IMG/VR virus record: IMGVR_UViG_3300027715_000021
DNA from: a virus
Length of the DNA stretch: 36,962 nucleotides
Reading direction: 5' to 3' (one strand)
In this document: positions 26,819 through 33,925 of the stretch, piece after piece
Layout: every line of letters begins with the position of its first letter
Numbering within the stretch: position 1 is the stretch's first letter
Notes under the pieces: model-generated
The model's input: the letters and a program-made list of their open reading frames with translations, nothing else
The model's database searches: none
Told to the model about the DNA's origin: nothing
Position numbers and translations under genes: made by a program

Positions 26819-27100
26819 ATGGGTAAACGTAATGATAATAATGCAAAACCTGTGAAAAACTGGTTATTTGAAACTTTTGGTACATATTGTATGTGCTGTG
26901 GTAAAAAATTCAAGAGATGCGAATTATTTTTACATCATTTAAAAAAATGGGAACATACTCATAAAACTACAAAAGAACATTCAGGATTAGTGTGTGATTG
27001 CTGTCATAAACGGATACACAATTTTGAACGGACTAACGAGCGAGAGTATTTAATATTAAACAAATCAATATACCAATTTAAAGAGGATAATCTTAATTGA
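26819..27100 (+). CDS. HNH-type endonuclease-like zinc protein
   Basis: The CMCCGKKF...LHHL...CDCCHKRIH arrangement (CxxC ... HH ... CxxCH..IH). The ATG at 26819 lies 8 nt after AAAGGAG. The track uses GTG at 26810. Confidence 0.6.
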   Translation: MGKRNDNNAKPVKNWLFETFGTYCMCCGKKFKRCELFLHHLKKWEHTHKTTKEHSGLVCDCCHKRIHNFERTNEREYLILNKSIYQFKEDNLN

Positions 27101-27117
27101 TTACCCTCTCTTTTTTT
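27082..27117 (+). terminator. Rho-independent terminator at the convergence of the late and leftward operons
   Basis: An 11-bp stem (one mismatch) pairs 27082..27092 with 27099..27109, followed by ttttttt (27111..27117). The HNH stop codon lies in the hairpin, spanning the last loop base and the base of the 3-prime arm. Confidence 0.75.
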
Positions 27118-27500
27118 AACTTATTAATTCTTTTATTTCTTTTTTTATAACACTTTCTTTTTTATCAAAATTATCTGCTATTTTTTTAAATGTATATTCT
27201 AGTATATAATGTTGTATTAATATATTTTTAGAATATTCACTTAAATTATTTAGATAATCTTCAACTGCTCTTATTTCATAATTTAATTTTATATTTTCAA
27301 TTTCAAGTTTAGATATAGTATCTACTTTTTTTATTACTTTATTTTCTAAGGCTATACTAACAAGTCCGTTTCGATGTAGGTATACCTGAAAAACTAGATG
27401 TAGATGCTTCTCCTTCTATTTCTTTTAACCTTTTTATTATATTTACATTATTCTTTAAAATTCTTTTATTTTCATTATAATTTTTTAAATAATTTTTCAT
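27116..27500 (-). pseudogene. ArpU/RinA/sigma-region-4-like transcriptional regulator, interrupted by a +1 frame change
   Basis: The N-terminal part (ATG 27500, ggagg RBS) reads MKNYLKNYNENKRIL...SSFSGIPTSKRTC and stops at TAG 27357..27359. The +1 frame continues as NGLVSIALENKV...LSEYSKNILIQHYILEYTFKKIADNF... down to TAA 27116..27118. Confidence 0.55.
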
Positions 27501-27510
27501 ATATTCCTCC

Positions 27511-27753
27511 TTAGTTCAATAACTTTGCTTCTTTTAGTTGTATAGCATCAAAACTACCTCTTAAATCTATTTCATTTACACAATGATATATTTTTCTTAG
27601 ATCACCTGATATTTGTTTTATAGTCCAATTATGATATTGTAGATAAAATATATCTCCTAATTTATAATTGTCTATTTTATAATACATATTACTATTTAAA
27701 TTTTTGTCTAATTTATTATATTTTTTTGATTGTTCAATATCTTTAACTATCAT
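27511..27753 (-). CDS. Hypothetical protein (80 aa)
   Basis: The track ORF is 27511..27819. The internal ATG at 27753 has a ggagg RBS 6 nt upstream. Confidence 0.5.
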   Translation of the reverse strand: MIVKDIEQSKKYNKLDKNLNSNMYYKIDNYKLGDIFYLQYHNWTIKQISGDLRKIYHCVNEIDLRGSFDAIQLKEAKLLN

Positions 27754-27868
27754 ATTCAACCTCCATAATTTCACACCATAAATTTTTATTATGAGTTTGT
27801 AAGTAATTATCGTAAGCATCTTCTAATGCTACAGTTTTTTGTATCATAAACTTTGTTTCTTCACTCAT
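27743..27868 (-). CDS. Small hypothetical protein (41 aa)
   Basis: ATG at 27868 after a ggagg RBS. Its stop overlaps the next start. It falls below the track cutoff. Confidence 0.4.
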   Translation of the reverse strand: MSEETKFMIQKTVALEDAYDNYLQTHNKNLWCEIMEVEYDS

Positions 27869-28116
27869 ATTTAACCTCCTATAAAATAAAAAAATAGAAT
27901 ACAAAATATTAACTCAATATAAACTATAAATACAATATTAGAAAAAAATATAAATTCTTTTATTTCATTTTCTAATATTTTAGCTTCATTTGCTAATTTT
28001 TCTAATTCATCAGTCACATTTAACCTCCTATAATATAAATTAAACTTAAAATTCCTTTAAAAGTAAGTATTACAAGTCTCCAAGAAATTAAAGTTAAAAT
28101 TATTATTAATATTAAT

Positions 28117-28539
28117 TTATCTCTCATTGTCTACCTCCAAAATTTCAACTTCTAATCTTTCAATTTCTGCATATTGTTTGTGTACTATTAACTCGCATAT
28201 CTGACTATCATCTTTGTATGCTACTCCATTTAAACTATCAGCAACTATTTTTGCTATATTATCAGTATCGAGCTTCTTTAAATGTGGTTTACCGATTAAC
28301 TCTTTATATTTCTTCTTTGAAAGGCTATTTGCTGGTTCAAAATAAGCCCATATAACCATTTTTATTGCTCCGGGATATTCTTTATTTAAAACATCTTTAC
28401 AATCTCTTAAACAGGCTAATTTTATTAATTGTTCATAATCTGTTGTTTTACGTGTATTATATGTTCTAACAAATGCACCTTGTCTTACAAATCTAGGTCT
28501 ATCTTTACCCTATATTTTCCCTAATAAAACAAATTTCAT
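28117..28539 (-). pseudogene. rusA: RusA-family Holliday-junction resolvase with an in-frame amber codon at codon 10
   Basis: ATG at 28539 (ggagg RBS) reads MKFVLLGKI-TAG-GKDRPRFVRQGAFVRTYNTRKT... It stays in frame with track ORF 28117..28359 (...DTDNIAKIVADSLNGVAYKDDSQI...). The GK.RPRF motif is typical of RusA. Confidence 0.7.
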
Positions 28540-28770
28540 TTAGTTTCCTCCTAAATTTATTCCACAATGTCTACAAAATATATCATTTTCATTTATATCA
28601 GTACCACATTCGCATTTTAATTTGCTATGTTTTTTTAATATTATAGTATTCCCTTCAGTATAAATTTCTAATCCATCTTTTATATTTATATTTAAAACTT
28701 TTCTTAATTCACTTGGTAGCACTATTCTACCTAAATCATCTATTTTACGTATTATTCCAGTTGATTTCAT
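28540..28770 (-). CDS. AbrB/SpoVT-family DNA-binding protein with a C-terminal zinc ribbon
   Basis: GIIRKIDDLGRIVLPSELRKVLNI..GLEIY is the swapped-hairpin AbrB signature. The C-terminus is CECG...CRHCG. Confidence 0.8.
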   Translation of the reverse strand: MKSTGIIRKIDDLGRIVLPSELRKVLNINIKDGLEIYTEGNTIILKKHSKLKCECGTDINENDIFCRHCGINLGGN

Positions 28771-28907
28771 TATTTTACCTCCACTAAATAAATCACATTT
28801 TTAATTGGTTCATTATTGACTATTGTCAATGTTATTGCTAAACTAATTAATATAAATATAACTAATATTAAACTTATAAATAATTTATCCCATTGTTTTT
28901 CACTCAT
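28770..28907 (-). CDS. Small membrane protein (45 aa)
   Basis: Its ATG overlaps the upstream stop (ATGA). TM stretch LFISLILVIFILISLAITLTIV. Its stop overlaps the AbrB-like ATG. Confidence 0.45.
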   Translation of the reverse strand: MSEKQWDKLFISLILVIFILISLAITLTIVNNEPIKNVIYLVEVK

Positions 28908-29109
28908 TATTTTTACTCCTTTTTAAAACTATAAATTGACATATTCCTAAAACTAAAAATAGAAAAATTATAAATATTGATGGTATAATTATAGGGCTTA
29001 ATACCCAAAACCAAGACCAAGTTATTACTTTAAGTAATTTTAATGTTATAAATACTATTGTTAATAGTCCTAAAAATCCTATACTATTGTTTTTATTATC
29101 TTTTTCCAT
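28900..29109 (-). CDS. Small membrane protein (69 aa, two TM)
   Basis: Track ORF with two hydrophobic helices and a ggagg RBS. Confidence 0.55.
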   Translation of the reverse strand: MEKDNKNNSIGFLGLLTIVFITLKLLKVITWSWFWVLSPIIIPSIFIIFLFLVLGICQFIVLKRSKNNE

Positions 29110-29120
29110 TTTAATTCCTC

Positions 29121-29396
29121 CTATAAATAATTTTTACCAAATATTTTCATAAATTCTTCTCTTGTATATGTTTCTTCAAACTTTTTTTGTGCTATTTGCT
29201 TTAATTCATTATCTAAAACTATATTATTATGAACTGCTATATTTGAAGTTCTATGATATTTATTTGTTAACCAAACTTTTAATCCATATTTTTCACTTAA
29301 TTTTCTATTTTTACCAAAGAATATATGATGTTCTTCTAAGTTATACTCTGATTCTGATATATAACATTTCTTTTTATCTTGTATTATACTTTTTAT
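29121..29396 (-). CDS. Conserved small His/Cys phage protein without a canonical start codon (ATA at 29396 or ATT at 29411)
   Basis: The open frame reads IKSIIQDKKKCYISESEYNLEEHHIFFGKNRKLSEKYGLKVWL..KYHR..IAVHNN...EEFMKIFGKNYL. A gaggtgg RBS lies 4 nt before ATA. There is no in-frame ATG, GTG or TTG near the 5-prime end. Confidence 0.5.
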   Translation of the reverse strand: MKSIIQDKKKCYISESEYNLEEHHIFFGKNRKLSEKYGLKVWLTNKYHRTSNIAVHNNIVLDNELKQIAQKKFEETYTREEFMKIFGKNYL

Positions 29397-29397
29397 A

Positions 29398-29916
29398 TTA
29401 CCACCTCGAATTCATTTTTTCAAGTTCCGCTGGAGTTAAAGTTTCGATATTTTGTAACTTACAATCTTCAACTATATTATTTATTAACTTTGACATTTGA
29501 CTTCTTGAATAAGTTGAACTTCCATAATACGCTTTTAAAATAACTTTATTATCTTCTGTAATATCTATCTGTTCACAAATCCACCCAATTCCAAGCATCT
29601 CCCAAGCGGTTTTAAATGTTTTAGCCTCTTCTTCTTCTAAAGTAAATTGTTTATATATATTCAATTCTTTTATATGTTCTTTATATACTTCTAAATCAGT
29701 TATTTCTAATTTATCAGCTAGTTTTTGACATAAAATCCATAAATACGAGTTAGAGTTTAAAGAACGTTTTTTACTATATTTTTTTATTGTTATATCTAAA
29801 TCAATATCTTTAAACTCTTCTATTAACTTTAAGTCATTTTTATTATCTAAAGTAAAACTTACTATTGCATTTTTAGTTTTGTAATCTATACTTATATTTT
29901 CAAGTTTACATTTCAT
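29398..29916 (-). CDS. ninB: NinB/Orf-like recombination mediator (putative)
   Basis: KKRSLNSNSYLWILCQKLA and GSSTYSRSQMSKLINNIVE resemble lambda NinB motifs. It sits in the same operon as ERF and RusA. Confidence 0.5.
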   Translation of the reverse strand: MKCKLENISIDYKTKNAIVSFTLDNKNDLKLIEEFKDIDLDITIKKYSKKRSLNSNSYLWILCQKLADKLEITDLEVYKEHIKELNIYKQFTLEEEEAKTFKTAWEMLGIGWICEQIDITEDNKVILKAYYGSSTYSRSQMSKLINNIVEDCKLQNIETLTPAELEKMNSRW

Positions 29917-29917
29917 A

Positions 29918-30359
29918 TTATACCTCTAATTTATATATTGTTATATCATAATCATCAAATATGTTTATAATGATATCTTCTACTATTTCCCAATTTCCAT
30001 TTGCAATACCACAACCATATTTATATGGCATACATATACTTAATTCATTTTCAATTGCAAATTCTTTTATTTCTTTAAAACACTTTTTTATCATTTCATA
30101 ATCTGTATCATAATTAGGTTTTTGACTAAAACAATTTGCTATAATTTTATTATCTTTATAATAATGAACTGTTCCTTTTAAATTATTGTAACTATGCTTA
30201 AAATTATTACAATATAAACTATAAAATTCTACTAAAGATTTATTTTTATTTGCTAATTGTTTAGCCACTCCTCCTCCGCATATGACCATTAATATTAACT
30301 TGATGACATATAATATCTTCTTTAGATTCTAACAAATCATCTTTAATTATTTTAATCAT
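29918..30359 (-). pseudogene. Macro-domain (ADP-ribose binding or hydrolase) protein, interrupted by a +1 frame change inside the conserved N-terminal motif
   Basis: ATG at 30359 reads MIKIIKDDLLESKEDIICHQVNING, then HMRRRSG and a stop at 30261..30263. The +1 frame gives VICGGGVAKQLA...SICMPYKYGCGIANGNWEIV (track ORF 29918..30289). Confidence 0.6.
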
Positions 30360-31431
30360 TATTCACCTCACAAAATTCATTATCTTTTAATATATAAAAA
30401 GTATCTTCTTTTATTTTAATACCATCTACTTTTTCGCATTTTACATTTTTAGGAAAATAATAACCTTCTTTATTTCTATCATATTCTGCTAATACTAACC
30501 AAGTACCTTTTATACCTTTTGATTTACCTTTGTATCCAATATTAGCACCTATTCCATATTTACCATTGATTTCAACCTTTGAAGAGTCTCCTGAAGTAGC
30601 AACCTGTGAATAGTATCCTGAAGTAGCAACCTGTGAATAGTCTCCTGAAGTAGCAACCTGTGAAGAGTATCCTGAAGTAGCAACCTGTGAATAGTATCCT
30701 GAAGTGGCAACCTGTGAATATTTTCCTGAAGTAGCAACCTGTGAATAGTCTCCTGAAGTGGCAACCTTTGAAGAGCCTCCTGAAGTGGCAACCTTTGAAT
30801 AGTTTCCTGAAGTAGCAACCTTTGAAGAGTTTCCTGAAGTAGCAACCTGTGAAGAGCCTCCTGAAGTGGCAACCTTTGAATAGTATCCTGAAGTAGCAAC
30901 CTTTGAATAGTTTCCTGAAGTAGCAACCTTTGAATAGTTTCCTGAAGTAGCAACCTTTGAATAGTTTCCTGAAGTAGCAACCTTTGAATAGTTTCCTGAA
31001 GTAGCAACCTTTGAAGAGTCTCCTGAAGTAGCAACCTGTGAAGAGCCTTCATTATATTTTATATTATCAGAATCAGTTTTTTCTATTTTACATTTATTCC
31101 AAATAAAATTAAAACTTGCTTTTATAAATAATGATAAATCTAATTTAGCATTTATTTTTATTTTATTAGTACTTATTTTAGTATCTTCATCACTATTTCT
31201 ATCTATTTTACCTAAAGATTCCACTTCTGTAAAAACACAATCGTTTAAATCATAATAGTTTAATGTGTCAAGTGGGTTTTCACAAAAATGAAATCCATTA
31301 TCGCATATACTAGGAGATTCATCTTGTTCATAAATTTTACCTACTTCATATTGAAAATCTCTACAAGTCATATCTTTATTCATTGCTTTATAACCTTTTA
31401 TTTTATCCATTTTAATTCCTTCTCCTTTCAT
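30352..31431 (-). CDS. Repeat protein: conserved N-terminal globular domain plus about 18 tandem 9-aa repeats
   Basis: The N-terminus GYKAMNKDMTCRDFQYEVGKIYE...CDNGFHFCENPLDTLNYY is followed by (S/Y)S(K/Q)VATSGx units. An alternative start is at 31410. Confidence 0.8.
   Translation of the reverse strand: MKGEGIKMDKIKGYKAMNKDMTCRDFQYEVGKIYEQDESPSICDNGFHFCENPLDTLNYYDLNDCVFTEVESLGKIDRNSDEDTKISTNKIKINAKLDLSLFIKASFNFIWNKCKIEKTDSDNIKYNEGSSQVATSGDSSKVATSGNYSKVATSGNYSKVATSGNYSKVATSGNYSKVATSGYYSKVATSGGSSQVATSGNSSKVATSGNYSKVATSGGSSKVATSGDYSQVATSGKYSQVATSGYYSQVATSGYSSQVATSGDYSQVATSGYYSQVATSGDSSKVEINGKYGIGANIGYKGKSKGIKGTWLVLAEYDRNKEGYYFPKNVKCEKVDGIKIKEDTFYILKDNEFCEVNND
30562..31044 (-). repeat. Coding tandem repeat of 27 nt, 17 full copies plus 1 partial
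   Basis: Near-identical 27-nt units (plus-strand form tcctgaagtagcaacctttgaatagtt). Variation is confined to 3 codon positions per unit. Confidence 0.95.
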
Positions 31432-31432
31432 A

Positions 31433-32176
31433 TTAAGCCTCGTAATGTTCTTTTAATTGCACTATTATATCACTTCCATAGTCATTTTCGCATATTTCTA
31501 TAAATTCTTTTACTGTAAAGTTTTCTTTTAAATCTATGTCTTTATTTTTAACAAAACTTTCTCGTCCCATTTCACAACTTCCTGTTAATAAACTATGCCA
31601 ATCATAAAATAATTCTCCAATATATTTTTCATCTTTTTTAAATATTTCTGTAAATTCTTTTATTTTTTCTTCTATATTCATATTAGTAAATATTTTATTT
31701 CTTAAACTTTCTACTGATTCTCTTAAAGTTTTTCCATGAGAGAATAAATTTTTACCTTTTGAAATATAACAACTTTCTAAAGTTAAATCATTATTTACTA
31801 TAAAAGCTTTTGCTACGTTATTTTTTATTTTTGTTATTATAGTAGGTATATAATCTACTATATATATTAATTCTCCATTTATAGATTTTACGCCAGAGCC
31901 AGAGCCATAGCCATCGCCATAGCCATCGCCAGAGCCAGAGCCATAGCCAGAGCCAGAGCCATAGCCATCGCCAGAGCCAGAGCCATAGCCATAGCCATAG
32001 CCATAGCCATCGCCATAGCCATAGCCATCGCCAGAGCCAGAGCCATAGCCAGAGCCAGAGCCATCGCCAGAGCCATCGCCAGAGCCATCGCCATAGCCAT
32101 CGCCAGAGCCAGAGCCATCGCCATAGCCATCGCCATAGCCAGTTTCTATTTTTAAAAATTCTTCTATTTTAGTCAT
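31433..32176 (-). CDS. Protein with an N-terminal (Gly-Tyr/Asp/Ser) dipeptide-repeat tract and a C-terminal globular domain
   Basis: The ATG at 32176 lies 8 nt after an aaggag RBS (the track uses GTG at 32185). The 41 G-X dipeptides are followed by VKSINGELIYIVDYIPTII... Confidence 0.75.
   Translation of the reverse strand: MTKIEEFLKIETGYGDGYGDGSGSGDGYGDGSGDGSGDGSGSGYGSGSGDGYGYGDGYGYGYGYGSGSGDGYGSGSGYGSGSGDGYGDGYGSGSGVKSINGELIYIVDYIPTIITKIKNNVAKAFIVNNDLTLESCYISKGKNLFSHGKTLRESVESLRNKIFTNMNIEEKIKEFTEIFKKDEKYIGELFYDWHSLLTGSCEMGRESFVKNKDIDLKENFTVKEFIEICENDYGSDIIVQLKEHYEA
31892..32140 (-). repeat. Coding 6-nt periodic repeat (GGC-TAT / GGC-GAT / GGC-TCT), about 41 units
   Basis: The plus strand reads as runs of gccata, gccatc and gccaga hexamers. 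It is the most GC-rich tract of the genome. Confidence 0.95.
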
Positions 32177-32188
32177 TTTAATCACTCC

Positions 32189-32485
32189 TTATTTTTTCCA
32201 ATTAATAACTTTTTTTATTGATTGTTCAGCTTTTTCTGTGCAAGGTATTATTTCTATAACTCCAAAAATTTCAATTTTTTCAACTGTAACTGTAAACTTG
32301 CAATCATTAGATCTTAAAGTTCCATCAACTGCTAATTGTGATATACTACAAGCACCATCCCAATACCATAATCTTCTTGCATTTTTTAATATAACTTCTT
32401 GTCCATTTCTGCTTTCTATATTTCCAGCAAATATTCCTGCTCTGTCACTTCTTATTATTACATATTCATTATTATATTCTTTCAT
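32189..32485 (-). CDS. Hypothetical protein (98 aa)
   Basis: Track ORF packed between the XRE gene and the repeat protein. Confidence 0.55.
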   Translation of the reverse strand: MKEYNNEYVIIRSDRAGIFAGNIESRNGQEVILKNARRLWYWDGACSISQLAVDGTLRSNDCKFTVTVEKIEIFGVIEIIPCTEKAEQSIKKVINWKK

Positions 32486-32506
32486 TTTAATTCCTTCTTT
32501 CCGAGC

Positions 32507-32698
32507 CTATTGCTCTATTTCAAATAAATCTGTTATTTCTTTATTTTCATCATACATTTTAGTTATAGCGTAAGCTGTCATTTTACTACAACTTCTACCA
32601 TTCTGTATTTGGCTAAAAAACTCTGGTGTTATTCCTACTTTTTCAGCAAATTCTACTTGTGTTATTTTTAGTTCTAGTCTTTCTTTTAGTTTATACAT
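32507..32698 (-). CDS. XRE/Cro-type helix-turn-helix regulator
   Basis: ITQVEFAEKVGITPEFFSQIQNGR is a classic HTH_3 motif. Confidence 0.75.
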   Translation of the reverse strand: MYKLKERLELKITQVEFAEKVGITPEFFSQIQNGRSCSKMTAYAITKMYDENKEITDLFEIEQ

Positions 32699-32869
32699 TT
32701 AATACCTCCATAATTCTTTTTTCATATCAAGTAATTGTTCTCTTAATAAATCTATTCTTTTATTTACATATGCTTTACTACCAAATCCTTTAACAAATCC
32801 AATACTCGAATACGATTCGTTTGTTATTTTTTCAAATCCTTTTTCTATTTCATTTAATAACTCTTTCAT
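32699..32869 (-). CDS. Small hypothetical protein (56 aa)
   Basis: ATG at 32869 after a ggagg RBS. Its stop abuts the XRE ATG. It falls below the track cutoff. Confidence 0.45.
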   Translation of the reverse strand: MKELLNEIEKGFEKITNESYSSIGFVKGFGSKAYVNKRIDLLREQLLDMKKELWRY

Positions 32870-33054
32870 ATTAATACCTCCTTTAACTTAATTTAATTTT
32901 ATCACAAACGAAAATATATTACAATACTTTTAACATATATTTTTTATATTTTATTTAATACTCTTTTTAAATGATAAACAAGACACTTAAAGTGATTATA
33001 CTATTTTATTATATAAGTGCCTTATTTAACCTGTTTTGTTTTAATATGTACTAT

Positions 33055-33705
33055 TTAATATTCATTATAGTGATGTTTATCTTTAGTATCGTTTAAATCT
33101 TTAGTTAATGTATCTTTACTAAGTTCTTCTAATATTTTGTTAAAGTCTGATACTTTTATATCTTTACTATCTGAATAACCATATTTTGTTAAAACTGATT
33201 TAGCTAATTCAATTTTACCTTTACCTTTTACAAATAATAATTTTTGTTGTGCTTCTGATATAACTTTATCAATTTTATCTGTTTTATCTATTGTTTCATA
33301 AGTTTTTTCAGTATATTCATCTGTATCTGCATCTTTTGTATCATCAATATTAAATAATCCATTTAAAGCATATTTTCTAGCATAACTTGAAGCAGTTCCT
33401 GTAATTTGACTTCCGTCCATACCTTTTTTGGTTTCTTCTTCTCTAGCAAATGCAGTATTACAAATCATTTCCTCTGTTTTATCTATATTTATTAAATTAG
33501 CAGATGCTTGAATATAATATCTTCCATTTTTTTCTACTATTTCATCTGATATAATTAATACAGTTCTATTTTTAAAACATATAGGTTTTAATGTTTCAAG
33601 TATATCTTCACAACTTCTATATTTATAATTACCAAACGTATTTTTTTGATTTTTTGGAACTTTTAATTCATTTTGTATTAAACTCAATTTTTCGTATATA
33701 TTCAT
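33055..33705 (-). CDS. erf: ERF-family single-strand annealing recombinase
   Basis: FGNYKYRSCEDILETLKP, YYIQASANL and AFAREEETKKGMDGSQITGTASSYARKYALNGLF are ERF superfamily signatures. Confidence 0.85.
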   Translation of the reverse strand: MNIYEKLSLIQNELKVPKNQKNTFGNYKYRSCEDILETLKPICFKNRTVLIISDEIVEKNGRYYIQASANLINIDKTEEMICNTAFAREEETKKGMDGSQITGTASSYARKYALNGLFNIDDTKDADTDEYTEKTYETIDKTDKIDKVISEAQQKLLFVKGKGKIELAKSVLTKYGYSDSKDIKVSDFNKILEELSKDTLTKDLNDTKDKHHYNEY

Positions 33706-33706
33706 T

Positions 33707-33925
33707 TTAATAACCTCCCAAATAGCTATTAACTATTTTAAACTTTTCTTTTATTTCTTTATTTTCTAAAAGTAGTTTTTCTATTTCATTATTTTTATTT
33801 ATAATATCTCTTTCTAGGTTAGTAATATAACCTAGTATTGTTTTTCCTGCTTCTTTAGTATCTTGTTTTATTTGTGGAATACTTTGTATTTCATGCATCC
33901 ACTTTTTAAGTTGTTCAATATCCAT
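33707..33925 (-). CDS. Small coiled-coil protein (72 aa)
   Basis: Track ORF coupled to the flanking genes. Confidence 0.5.
   Translation of the reverse strand: MDIEQLKKWMHEIQSIPQIKQDTKEAGKTILGYITNLERDIINKNNEIEKLLLENKEIKEKFKIVNSYLGGY

Noticed and set aside
29162-29500. Plus-strand ORF of 112 aa rich in L, Y, F and I
   Set aside because: It is antisense to the conserved minus-strand gene 29121..29396 and the end of 29398..29916. Its composition is typical of the reverse frame of AT-rich coding DNA.
30562-31044. Possible CRISPR array, because of the many regularly spaced 27-nt repeats
   Set aside because: The units are contiguous with no spacers. They are in frame and translate into a regular 9-aa repeat inside a long ORF with an RBS. 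This is a coding tandem repeat.
30549-31052. Track ORF of 167 aa (LLLQETIQR repeats) on the minus strand
   Set aside because: It is an alternative frame of the 27-nt repeat array inside gene 30352..31431. It stays open only because of the repeat periodicity.
31888-32136. Track ORF of 82 aa (MAMAMALALA...)
   Set aside because: It is an alternative frame of the 6-nt periodic repeat inside gene 31433..32176 and has no independent RBS.
33015-33024. The recurrent motif aagtgcctta (also at 19755..19764, and as aagtgcctca at 1304..1313) in intergenic hairpins
   Set aside because: Two exact 10-mers in 36.7 kb are well within chance expectation. The motif occupies different arms of unrelated hairpins.
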